NCBI GenBank assembly: GCA_963795085.1
Contig: CAWCFX010000006.1
Location: 704,001 to 768,000, forward strand
DNA length: 64,000 nt
Direction: 5' to 3'
Source of the DNA: an uncultured Gemmatimonadales bacterium
GTDB taxonomy: Bacteria > Gemmatimonadota > Gemmatimonadetes > Gemmatimonadales > GWC2-71-9
In this document: piece after piece, positions 31,919-40,902 of the stretch
Numbering within the stretch: the stretch's first letter is position 1
Layout: the number at the start of each line of letters is the position of its first letter
Position numbers and translations under genes: made by a program
The notes under the pieces: generated by a model
Told to the model about the DNA's origin: nothing
Database searches by the model: none
What the model saw: only the letters and a program-made list of their open reading frames with translations

Positions 31919-33147
31919 CGGTCACCGACCCCTCTTTTTCCCCTCATGTACCACGCCAGTGCGAGCGCCACCACCATACACACGACTCCTCCGGCGGCAT
32001 AGGCGGTGCGGACGCCGAGGTGCTCCGCCACGAAGCCGGCCTGCAGGGAGCCGAAGGGCGCCAGGCCCAGGATCAGGAATGAATACACTCCCATCACCCG
32101 CCCCCGCAGGTGGTCGGGGGCGCCGGACTGCAGCAGGGTGTTGGTCAGCACGTTGTTGAGCACCATGGCGGTGCCGGCCAGCAGCATGAGGGCCAGGGCC
32201 AGCGGATAGTTCACCATGAACGAGGCGGCCACCAGGCAGGCGCCGAAGACGATCCCGGCGCCGAGGATGGTGCGCCGTCGCTTGATCTTGTGGCCGAACC
32301 CGGCCACGAACAGGGCGGCGCCGAGGGCGCCCACCCCGACCGCGGAGAGGAGGCCGCCGTAGCCGGCCGCCCCGGCGCCCAGCGCTTCCTCGGCGAACAC
32401 CGGCAGCATGGGGACGAAGGCGAACCCGAAGATCGAGAGCGTCCCCGTCAGGATCACCAGCGCCCGGGGCCACGGCTCGCCCAGCACGAAGTCCATCCCT
32501 TCCCGGAAGGTCCCCACCGCGCGGGCGGCCGGGTCCGGGCCGGCGGCGGGCATCCGCATCATCCGGAGCCCCAGGATCACGGCGAGGTAGCTCGCGGCGT
32601 TGGCGAAGAAACAGGCGGCGATGCCGAGGGTGCTGATGAAGAGCGCGGCGATCACCGGGCCGATGATCCGGCTGAGGTTGAAGATGGACGAGTTGAGGGC
32701 GATGGCGTTCATCAGGTTGTCGCGGCCGGCGATCTCCACCACGAAGGCCTGCCGGGCCGGCACCTCGAACGCCGTGATGGTCCCGATGATCACCGCCAGC
32801 ACCATGATGATGGGGACGCTGATCAGGCCCCCCTGGACCAGGAACCCGGTGGCCAGCACCGGCAGCAGCATCATCCAGTTGAGCATCTGGATGAACCCGT
32901 GCTTCCGGACCCGGTCGGCCACCACCCCGCCATAGAGCGTCAGCAGCATGATCGGCAGCGAGCCCAGCGTGCTCACCAGCCCCACCTGCAGCGGGGAATC
33001 GGAGATCTGGAACACCAGCCAGCCCAGCGCCACGTTCTGGATCCAGGACCCGGACAGCGAGATGAATTGCCCGATGATGAACAGCCGGAAATTCCGCTGC
33101 CGGAGCGATGCGAATGGAGCGGGACGGCCGGCGGGAAGGTCGGGCAT
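31903..33147 (-). CDS. MFS transporter
   Basis: FASLRQRNFRLF..GQFISLSGSW, GGVVADR, FEVPARQAF, NAIALNS..FNLSRIIGP, LRGRVMG. Confidence 0.92.
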   Translation of the reverse strand: MPDLPAGRPAPFASLRQRNFRLFIIGQFISLSGSWIQNVALGWLVFQISDSPLQVGLVSTLGSLPIMLLTLYGGVVADRVRKHGFIQMLNWMMLLPVLATGFLVQGGLISVPIIMVLAVIIGTITAFEVPARQAFVVEIAGRDNLMNAIALNSSIFNLSRIIGPVIAALFISTLGIAACFFANAASYLAVILGLRMMRMPAAGPDPAARAVGTFREGMDFVLGEPWPRALVILTGTLSIFGFAFVPMLPVFAEEALGAGAAGYGGLLSAVGVGALGAALFVAGFGHKIKRRRTILGAGIVFGACLVAASFMVNYPLALALMLLAGTAMVLNNVLTNTLLQSGAPDHLRGRVMGVYSFLILGLAPFGSLQAGFVAEHLGVRTAYAAGGVVCMVVALALAWYMRGKRGVGDRQQKP

Positions 33148-33163
33148 GACGGAATGAAGATAA

Positions 33164-33412
33164 CAGTGGGTCAAAAGAGTGGGTCAGTGGGCAAGGGGGT
33201 CAGTGGGACACACGGGAGCTTGCCCCACGGCCCTACTGACCCACTGCCCCACTGTCCCACTGTCCCACTGTCCCACTGTCCCACTGTCCCACTGTCCCAC
33301 TGTCCCACTGTCCCACTGTCCCCCTGTCCCTCTGTCCCACTGTCCCACTGTCCCACTGTCCCACTGCCCCACTGTTTTGTCCCCCTTGCCCCCTTACCCC
33401 CTTGCCCCCTTG
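33164..33412. repeat. Composite octamer element: G arm, conserved core, C arm
   Basis: Core GGGACACACGGGAGCTTGCCCCAC at 33205-33228; CCCCCTTG-type variants at the outer end. Confidence 0.95.
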
Positions 33413-33420
33413 TTTAAACC

Positions 33421-34704
33421 ATGCGCTTCACCACCTACTCCAGGTACGTCCCCGAGATGGCCGACGCGGTCAATCTCCAGGGCCTGCTGGACCAGCTGAG
33501 CGACTTTCTGCTCCAGTCCGGGTTTGCCGGCGGGAGCCTGCCCTTCTGGGACGACGAGGGGGACAACCGGTCGCTGGAATCCCTGCGGCAGGCCATCCTC
33601 AAGGCGCTGATGGATTCCGGCCAGCTCACGCCGGAGATGCTCCAGGTGCTCCGGGGCGAGAGCACCGGCGACCCGGCCCGGGATGCGCAGATCAAGGCCG
33701 AGCTGGGCGAGCTGCTCGATAAGATCGTGCAGCGGCTGATCGACGAGGGTTTGCTCAACCTCTCCCAGCCGCCCCAGATGCCGGGGGGGCATGAGGCCAT
33801 GACCGGCCCGGGCGGCGAGGCCCGGGCCGCGGCCCAGCAGGTGGAGTTCAATCTCACCGAGAAGGGCATCGATTTCCTCGGCTACAAGACCCTCCGGAAC
33901 CTGCTGGGATCCATCGGCAAGTCGAGCTTCGGGGCGCACGAGACCGCTCACCTGGCCACCAGCGTCGAGTCCGAGGCCGCCAGCCGGCCCTACGAGTTCG
34001 GCGACGTCATGAACCTGGACGTGCCGGCCACCCTCAACCGGGCCATCGCGCGGGAAGGGCTGGGCGTGCCGCTCAACCTCGAGTACGGCGACCTCATGGT
34101 GCACCAGAGCGAGTACCGCTCCTCGGCCGCGACCGTGCTGATGCTGGACTGCTCCCACTCGATGATCCTCTACGGCGAGGACCGCTTCACCCCGGCCAAG
34201 AAGGTGGCGCTGGCGCTGACCCACCTGATCCGGACCCAGTTCCCCGGCGACACCCTGCGCGTGGTGCTCTTTCATGATTCGGCGGAGGAGATCCCGCTGG
34301 CGGCGCTGGCCAGCGCCCAGGTGGGGCCCTACCACACCAACACGGCGGAAGGCCTCAAGCTGGCGCGGAAGATCCTGGGCGGCCAGAAGAAGGACATGAA
34401 GCAGATCATCATGATCACCGACGGCAAGCCCTCCGCGCTCACCATGCCGGACGGCCGGATCTACGTGAACTCGATGGGACTCGACCCGATGATCATCAAG
34501 GAGACCTACAAGGAGGTCGCCAACTGCCGCCGGAGCGGGATCATGATCAACACGTTCATGCTGGCCCGGGACCGGAGCCTGGTGGAGTTCGTGAAGAAGG
34601 TGGAGGAGATCTGCCGGGGAAAGGCGTATTTCACGAATACGATGACGCTGGGGCAGTTTATTCTGATGGATTTCATGAAAAGGAAGACGCGGCGGGTGTC
34701 GTAA
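33421..34704 (+). CDS. vWA domain protein (probable partner of the AAA+ ATPase)
   Basis: MIDAS motif DCSHS, HTNT, ITDGKPS. Confidence 0.88.
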   Translation: MRFTTYSRYVPEMADAVNLQGLLDQLSDFLLQSGFAGGSLPFWDDEGDNRSLESLRQAILKALMDSGQLTPEMLQVLRGESTGDPARDAQIKAELGELLDKIVQRLIDEGLLNLSQPPQMPGGHEAMTGPGGEARAAAQQVEFNLTEKGIDFLGYKTLRNLLGSIGKSSFGAHETAHLATSVESEAASRPYEFGDVMNLDVPATLNRAIAREGLGVPLNLEYGDLMVHQSEYRSSAATVLMLDCSHSMILYGEDRFTPAKKVALALTHLIRTQFPGDTLRVVLFHDSAEEIPLAALASAQVGPYHTNTAEGLKLARKILGGQKKDMKQIIMITDGKPSALTMPDGRIYVNSMGLDPMIIKETYKEVANCRRSGIMINTFMLARDRSLVEFVKKVEEICRGKAYFTNTMTLGQFILMDFMKRKTRRVS

Positions 34705-34742
34705 CCTCACCCCCCTTCCCCCTCTCCACTTCGTGGAGAGGG
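34705..34742. repeat. Palindromic hairpin repeat CCCTCTCCAC-TTC-GTGGAGAGGG
   Basis: Perfect 10-bp stem at 34720-34742 preceded by CCTCACCCCCC; overlaps the DUF559 3' end. Confidence 0.92.
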
Positions 34743-35105
34743 AGTGTCTTCTGGTCTCAGCACCGCTTCGATGGCGGCCATGAGAGCCGGTCTGGTGATC
34801 AGCTCATTGCGGATCCGGACCACCCGGCGGCCTATGCTCACCAGGTGTTCGTCTCGAGCCGCGTCTCGTTCGCGCTGGGCCAGGTCGTCGTGAACCGACC
34901 CGTCAACTTCCAGGACCAGTTTCAGCGCCGGGCAGTAGAAGTCAATGATGAATCCGTCAATGACGTGCTGGCGGCGGAACTTGAGGCCTCGGAGGCGGCG
35001 GTTCCGGATGAGATTCCACACCTTGGCTTCGGACGGAGTGGGCTCCTTCCGGGATTGCCGGGAGAGACCGACCTTGATGGGGGTAGGACACCTGGGTTTG
35101 CGCAT
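34707..35105 (-). CDS. DUF559 / Vsr-like endonuclease domain protein
   Basis: RKEPTPSEAKVWNLIRNRRLRGLKFRRQHVIDGFIIDFYC...LEVDGSVH...DAARDEHL. Confidence 0.9.
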   Translation of the reverse strand: MRKPRCPTPIKVGLSRQSRKEPTPSEAKVWNLIRNRRLRGLKFRRQHVIDGFIIDFYCPALKLVLEVDGSVHDDLAQRERDAARDEHLVSIGRRVVRIRNELITRPALMAAIEAVLRPEDTPSPRSGEGEGG

Positions 35106-35174
35106 GCAGGAAAGATCTGGCCACCCCGGGAAAGGGTGGCATCCGAAGAGCGCGTTTGGTACCGAATAAACGCG

Positions 35175-35550
35175 CCTCACCCCCAACACCCTCTCCATTT
35201 CGCCGCCTCACGCCCCATCCCCCTCTCCATTTCGCCTCACCCCCCTGCCCCCCTCTCCACTTCGTGGAGAAGGGGTTACTACCGAGGGAATCTCCCAAAC
35301 CTGGCTCGAGATACGAACAACCCAGCCTCCCCTCGCCTCACCCCCCTGCCCCCTTCTCCACTTCGTGGAGAAGGGGTTACTACCGAGGGAATCTCCCAAA
35401 CAGCTGGAGATACGAACAACCCAACCTCCCCTCTCCACGAAGTGGAGAGGGGTCGGGGGTGAGGCGAGGGGCTAGGGTGAGGCAAGGGGCTAGGGGTGAG
35501 GCGAGGGGCCGGGGATGAGGTAAGTGCTAGGGGTGAGGCGAGGGGCTGGG
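35175..35550. repeat. Cluster of the same hairpin family with a ~101-bp tandem duplication
   Basis: Hairpins at 35253-35275, 35354-35376 and, inverted, 35428-35452. Multiple CCTCACCCC and GGGGTGAGG half-sites. Confidence 0.92.
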
Positions 35551-35556
35551 CTGAAC

Positions 35557-35916
35557 TCAATCTTCCGGCCACAACCTCCCCCGCCCCACCACCGACTCGA
35601 CCGCCGAAACCAGGTTGGGGCGGTTCACCGCGGTGGAGGCCAGGCGGGCGACCTTGATCCCGGAGCTTTCCAGCGCCTCCGCCAGGGCCGGCTGCCCCGG
35701 GGCGCCTTCGCTCTCGACCAGCTCCACCACCAGCCCCAGCTCCGGGCAGTAGAACCCCGCCAGCACGCCGTTGATGACCGCGTGGCGCCGGAAGGTGTAG
35801 CCCAGGAGCCCCTGCTCCAGGATGCGCCACACCTCCCGCTCCGCCCGGGTCCACGGGCGGGCCATCTGCTGGCTCAGCTCAGCGCTGGTGATGGTGGGTG
35901 TGAAGGGCCCTGTCAT
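35557..35916 (-). CDS. Degenerate DUF559-like paralogue
   Basis: RPWTRAEREVWRIL...GYTFRRHAVINGVLAGFYCPELGLVVEL aligns with the neighbouring DUF559 protein but lacks the DF and DG..H residues. Confidence 0.7.
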   Translation of the reverse strand: MTGPFTPTITSAELSQQMARPWTRAEREVWRILEQGLLGYTFRRHAVINGVLAGFYCPELGLVVELVESEGAPGQPALAEALESSGIKVARLASTAVNRPNLVSAVESVVGRGRLWPED

Positions 35917-36032
35917 GGCAGTAAAGGTAAGAGGACAAGGGCACGGGCGGTAACCCGATTCCCGCATGGCGGGCGCAAAACTACGCATGGGTCGCGCTTG
36001 CACTCGCTCAGCGACTCGCTCACATTGTCAGC

Positions 36033-36230
36033 ATGATCCGGAGTACCGAGCCATTGGAATGGGAGCTCTATCGGGCGATGACCGTCGCCCGCAAGCTGGA
36101 GGTTGCCCACGGGCTCTGGGAAATGGCGTGGGCGCTCAAGACGGCGGTGATCCGGAGGGACCATCCCACCTGGTCAGAGCCGGCCATACGGGCGGAAGTT
36201 CGTCGCCACTTCGCCAATGCAGAGCCCTGA
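36033..36230 (+). CDS. Small helical protein, putative partner or antitoxin of the nucleotidyltransferase
   Basis: YRAMTVARKLEVA...IRRDHPTWSE; overlaps the downstream gene by 14 nt. Confidence 0.65.
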   Translation: MIRSTEPLEWELYRAMTVARKLEVAHGLWEMAWALKTAVIRRDHPTWSEPAIRAEVRRHFANAEP

Positions 36231-36786
36231 TCTCCTCAGTCTGTTTGTAGCCCCTCTCAATCTCCTGAACATTTCTCACATGGCCACCGGCGCCGTGGCC
36301 GCCATTGCCTATTCCGTCCCCCGCCTGACGAATGACATAGACCTGGTCGTCCGCCTCACCCCAGGCGATGCGAGCCGACTCGCCACCGCCTTCAGGAGCG
36401 AGGCCTTCTACCTTCCTCCGGAGGAGGTCATCCTGGAGGAGCTGCGCCGTGCCCGGCATGGACATTTCAACATCATCCACCTCGAAACCGGCCTTCGGGC
36501 CGACGTGTACCTCGCGGGGGATGATCCGCTCCACGCCTGGGCCTTTGATCGACGTGTGCAGGAGCAGGTCGGCGACACCACGCTCTGGCTGGCACCCGTC
36601 GAGTACGTGATCACCCGAAAACTCATCTTCTACCGGGACGGCGGGTCGGCAAAGCATCTCACCGACATCGCCCACATGATCCGGATCAGCTCACCCCGCA
36701 TCAACCGGAGCGACCTCCTCCGCCTCATCGGCGAGCAGGGAGTCGAGGCCGAGTGGCGCCAGGTCGAAGGATTCGCCACCCTCTGA
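36217..36786 (+). CDS. Nucleotidyltransferase-fold protein
   Basis: TGAVAAIAY..PRLTNDIDLVV (GA/GS plus DxD), ADVYL, VITRKL, KHLTDI. Confidence 0.8.
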   Translation: MQSPDLLSLFVAPLNLLNISHMATGAVAAIAYSVPRLTNDIDLVVRLTPGDASRLATAFRSEAFYLPPEEVILEELRRARHGHFNIIHLETGLRADVYLAGDDPLHAWAFDRRVQEQVGDTTLWLAPVEYVITRKLIFYRDGGSAKHLTDIAHMIRISSPRINRSDLLRLIGEQGVEAEWRQVEGFATL

Positions 36787-37505
36787 ACGCCCTCCCCACC
36801 CTCGCCGACCTCAACGCCGCTATTCCATCCTGCACCCGGTGTCCCCGGCTCCGCGCCTGGTGCCTGGAGGTCGCCCGCGTAAAGAAGAAAGAGTTCCGCG
36901 ACTGGGACTACTGGGGACTCCCCGTCCCCGGCTTCGGCGACCCGGAGGCCCGGCTCCTGATCGTGGGACTCGCACCCGCCGCCCACGGCGCCAACCGCAC
37001 CGGCCGGATGTTCACCGGCGACTCCAGCGGCAACTGGCTCTACGAGGCGCTCCACCGCCACGGCTTCGCCAGCCAGCCGGACTCCCACACCCGTAACGAT
37101 GCCCTGCAACTCCACGGCTGCTACATCAGCGCCTCGGCACGCTGCGCCCCGCCCGACAACAAGCCCACGAAAGAGGAACTGGACAACTGCCGCCCCTGGC
37201 TCGAGGCCGAGCTGGCCCTCCTGCCGCGGGCAAACGTGGTCCTGGTGCTGGGGAGAATCGCCTGGGAGAACTACCTCCGCGCCTCCGGCCGCTGGGGCCG
37301 GGCAGCAGAGCGGCCGCCGTTCGGCCACGGCCGGGAACACCGGTTCGCCGACGGGGTCACCCTGCTCTCGTCGTTTCACCCCAGCCGGCAGAACACGAAC
37401 ACCGGGCGGCTGACCCGGGAGATGTGGTACCAAGTCTTCGCGCGGGCGCGCACATTAGCACAGGAGCCGAAGGGAGGAACAGCTCCTCGCGAAGAGACGG
37501 AGTAG
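36753..37505 (+). CDS. Uracil-DNA glycosylase family 5 (UdgB-like); start uncertain (GTG 36753 or CTG 36783)
   Basis: CTRCPRL, GLAPAAHGANRTGRMFTGDSSG, RCAPPDNKP, HPSRQNTNTGRLT. Confidence 0.93.
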   Translation: MAPGRRIRHPLNALPTLADLNAAIPSCTRCPRLRAWCLEVARVKKKEFRDWDYWGLPVPGFGDPEARLLIVGLAPAAHGANRTGRMFTGDSSGNWLYEALHRHGFASQPDSHTRNDALQLHGCYISASARCAPPDNKPTKEELDNCRPWLEAELALLPRANVVLVLGRIAWENYLRASGRWGRAAERPPFGHGREHRFADGVTLLSSFHPSRQNTNTGRLTREMWYQVFARARTLAQEPKGGTAPREETE

Positions 37506-37727
37506 GCCGGAGAACCCGGAGGAGGAACAGCTCCTCACAGAGCGAACGGAGCCGAACGATGGACACGGAGGAACCACCTCATACGGCAACAAGAAAGACC
37601 GTCGCAAACCATCCTGTCTTTTCTTATTGACGGATTTCAGCAATCGCACGCGATGCGTTTCCTGTCCTGTTTGTGTTTCGTGCTTTCGTGAGCGGCTGTT
37701 TCTTCGTGTTCCTTTGTGAGCGGATGC

Positions 37728-38177
37728 TCAGGTCCTCCTTTCCCCACCGAATATCGCGATCACCTCGTACGCCCCCCCTTCCCCTCCCGGCGGCTCCCCC
37801 TCCCGGGCCAGCCAGGCGTGGGCCAGCATTTCCTCTCCCTCCCGCCGCACTCCGATATACATCTCCACCAGCACCCCGCTCCGCCGGAGCAGGTGAAACA
37901 GCACCACCGACCGGGTGAGGCAGGTCCGTCGCCACGGGGGCGGCAGCCGGCCCAGCATCCGGTCCACGGCGGCCACGATCGCCGCCTGCTGGTCCGCACT
38001 GGGCCGCTTGACCCGGGCCGGCCGCCCCAGTCGCTCGGCCAGCCGGTCCAGCGCCACCAGCCGCAGCAGCGGCGGCAGCACCAGCCCCGCCGCGAGGATC
38101 CGCACCCGCCAGAGCACCGTCAGACGTTCAGGAATCAGGATACCAGGGAGGAGGAGACGAAAAAGAGACCGGCCCAC
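37728..38177 (-). CDS. Lasso peptide B2-like (transglutaminase-fold) protease
   Basis: TCLTRSVVLFHLLRR.G....IGVR......AHAWL. Confidence 0.82.
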   Translation of the reverse strand: MGRSLFRLLLPGILIPERLTVLWRVRILAAGLVLPPLLRLVALDRLAERLGRPARVKRPSADQQAAIVAAVDRMLGRLPPPWRRTCLTRSVVLFHLLRRSGVLVEMYIGVRREGEEMLAHAWLAREGEPPGGEGGAYEVIAIFGGERRT

Positions 38178-38225
38178 CGCGCCGGTCTCAATATCACTCG
38201 ATCAATCCGCAATCGGCAATCCGCC

Positions 38226-39665
38226 TCAGGGCTTGGTGCCCGTCACCCGCTTCACCGTGGTGCCCGCGGCGATGGTCTGGCCCGCGGTGAGATCGTTGAT
38301 CAGCGCGATCTCGCCCACCGGCACGGGGGAGGGATACTGCTGGTAGAACTGTTCCAGCGTCATGGCCCGCGGCACCCGCACCAGGCCGATGCGCATCGGC
38401 TGGGCATTGAGCGCCGACTGGTCGGTCAGGGTGCGGAAGCTGCCCATGGTCCGCATGAAGTCGTCGCTGTAGGTGTTGATCTTGGCCGCCGAGGTGTAGC
38501 CGAGGATCTGGTAGGTGTTGCCGCTGTAGGAGAGGAACGTCGCCACCCCGCGGATCACGCCCTCCTGGGTCTGCGCCTCGAAGGCGGTGGTCACCGCCGG
38601 GTTGCCGTTGATGCTGGTCCGGTTGGACTGGAGCGCCCGGATGCCCTGCTGCTGGAAGAACGCCGTGTTGGCCTGGTCGGGCGACTTGCCCTCGGCCAGG
38701 GTCAGCTGCATGGCGGCGTCGTTGCTGCTGCTCACCGCGACCACCGCGGCGGTCTGGTTCTGGTACTTCCACCCCTGCGGGAAATCGATCTGGAACCGGA
38801 GGTCCGGGTGCAGGAAGAGGCCGTTCCGGAAGAAGCCCTGCCGGGGGTTCTGGCCATAGACCATGTTGTCGAGCACCCGGAGGTAGCCGTCCCGGTTCAC
38901 GACCGCGTTGGCCGGCACCCGCCCGATGGAATCGAGCCGCGCCTGGGTGGCGGCCAGCCGGTTGCCGGGGTTCGGGTGGCTGGAGAGCCACACCGGGAGC
39001 CCGCTGCCGCCGGAAGCGGCGCCGACCCGCTCGAGCGTCCGGAACACGTCGAGCATCTCCCGCACGTCGTAGTTGGTGGACAGCGAATACTTGAAGCCCA
39101 GCTCGTCGGCCTGGTTCTCGGCGTCCCGCCCGTACTTGAGGAAGAGGACGCTGAGTCCGGCGCCGGCCACCCCGGCCACGTTGGCGACGTTTTCGGAGAG
39201 GATGCTGCCGACGCCGAGCCCGAGCTGGGCCACCTGGGAGCGCGAGATCATCTGGACCGAGTGCTTCGCCGTGATGTGGCCGATCTCGTGTCCGAGTACC
39301 GCGGCCAGCTCGGCCTCGGAGTTGAGCGTCGCCATGATCCCGCGGGTGACGAAGATGGGGCCGCCGGGGAGGGCGAAGGCGTTGACCGCCGGGTCGTCCA
39401 CCACCTGGAAGCTCCAGGGCAGGCTGGGCCGCTCGGAGAGCGCGGCCATCCGCTTGCCGATGCCGGAGACGTAGCTCTGGGCCTGGGCGTCGTCATAGAG
39501 CCCGATGCTGGCCGCGACCTCCTGCTTGGCCTGCTGGCCCATGCTGATCTCCTGCGACTCCGACACCAGGGACAGCTCGCTCCGGCCGGTGACCGGGTTG
39601 GTGGCACAGCCGATCGCGGTTGCAAGGCCAAGGCCCACCCAGGATGCTCCCACCCATGTTTTCAT
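38226..39665 (-). CDS. M48 family metalloprotease lipoprotein
   Basis: GCATNPVTG, VNAFALPGG, HEIGH, YGRDAENQAD, LSSHP. Confidence 0.92.
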   Translation of the reverse strand: MKTWVGASWVGLGLATAIGCATNPVTGRSELSLVSESQEISMGQQAKQEVAASIGLYDDAQAQSYVSGIGKRMAALSERPSLPWSFQVVDDPAVNAFALPGGPIFVTRGIMATLNSEAELAAVLGHEIGHITAKHSVQMISRSQVAQLGLGVGSILSENVANVAGVAGAGLSVLFLKYGRDAENQADELGFKYSLSTNYDVREMLDVFRTLERVGAASGGSGLPVWLSSHPNPGNRLAATQARLDSIGRVPANAVVNRDGYLRVLDNMVYGQNPRQGFFRNGLFLHPDLRFQIDFPQGWKYQNQTAAVVAVSSSNDAAMQLTLAEGKSPDQANTAFFQQQGIRALQSNRTSINGNPAVTTAFEAQTQEGVIRGVATFLSYSGNTYQILGYTSAAKINTYSDDFMRTMGSFRTLTDQSALNAQPMRIGLVRVPRAMTLEQFYQQYPSPVPVGEIALINDLTAGQTIAAGTTVKRVTGTKP

Positions 39666-39798
39666 AACCCGTTCCCGCCAAAGGTTTTTGGTTGGCCCCG
39701 CGCCCCGCGCGGCGGCCTGTCACTTTCAATCTAGGGGAATGGGCGGTGGGGGCTGTGGGCTGCGTTACAAAGGTGGGGCCCTCACCGCCTCATCCCGG

Positions 39799-39945
39799 AG
39801 TGGGTCAGTGCAAACAGTGGGACAGTGGGTCAGTGGGACAGTGGGTCAGTGGGACAGTGGGTCAGTGGGACAGTGGGACAGTGGGTCAGTGGGACAGTGG
39901 GTCAGTGGGACAGTGGGTCAGTGGGTCAGTGGGTCAGTGGGACAG
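39799..39945. repeat. Octamer array, G-rich arm
   Basis: CAGTGGGA/CAGTGGGT tandem units. Confidence 0.97.
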
Positions 39946-40144
39946 CCCCGTCCCTCCCCGTGGACACAGCCGGCATTTCTTTCCGCCAGCATCGCTACAT
40001 CACCGGTGCACCAACGAGGTGCACCGCGCACATCGCGCACTGTTGATTCGGGAATCCTTCGCTCCTGCTCGACACCGTTTCACTCACCTCCGGAACTTTC
40101 GCACTTCCCAACCAAAACTTGGGACTTCTCGACCACAGGACGCT

Positions 40145-40650
40145 TGTTCTCCTGCATCAGTATCCGGGTCATGCTGCACCAGCATGACACTTCTCCTGCA
40201 CCAGGATGCCGGTCATGCTGGTCGGGCTGGCACTCACGCATGGAGAGCGAGAATATCCGGACCGACCGGGTCCTGGTCCGGACCAGCAGGCTCCCAGTCC
40301 GGGGCGACAGGTTCGTGGTCCAGGCCTGCAGCAGCGTGGTCCGGAGCAACAGCTTCGTGGTCACCCCCTGGCAGCGGCTTGTGCTGGAGCGACAGGGACT
40401 TGCGCGCGCCCGACAGGGAGCTGCTTCCGCTCGACCAGGGAGCCCGTCATGCTGCTCCAGCAGTACACTACCGCGTGACAGCCTGGCACTCCCGGATAGT
40501 GAGTGCGAAGGTCCGGACCGACAGGGCCGTGCGCCGGTCCGCCAGGGTCGTGAGCAGGTCCGACAGGGTCGTGAGCGGGACCGACAGGGCCGTGTGCAGC
40601 ATCGAGAGATTGCCGCGCGGGACCGGCAGGCGGCTGGTACCGGACCGCCG
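40145..40650. repeat. Degenerate 21-nt-periodic tract
   Basis: TCCGG-like words at 40256, 40277, 40298, 40319 and 40340; CGACAGGG-like words at 40390, 40411, 40519, 40540, 40561 and 40582. Confidence 0.75.
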
Positions 40651-40902
40651 GCCTTTCCCGCCGGTCCCGCGGCACGTGCCGCCACCCTCACCAGCTACCT
40701 GCACCGGTTTGACACGCCGGCGTGCACTGTCGCTTGGCGGTCGCCGCCGGCTCATGGCATGCCCGATGCTTCCCGAGGTCTCCGACCGCGATGCGTGTCG
40801 CGCAGCAGTGGCGTCGCGAGTCCCCCGTGCAGTCAACCTGGAGAACCGAACGCACCGCGACCGCTCGGCACTCTCCTCTCCTCCATGAAAGGGAGGTGTA
40901 CC

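Noticed and set aside
37728..38177. Lasso peptide biosynthetic cluster
   Set aside because: No cyclase, RRE or precursor gene in the window.
39505..40902. N-terminal extension of the 685-aa ORF 39505-41562
   Set aside because: It runs through the antisense of the M48 gene, an octamer array and the periodic tract. The RBS supports a start at 40903.
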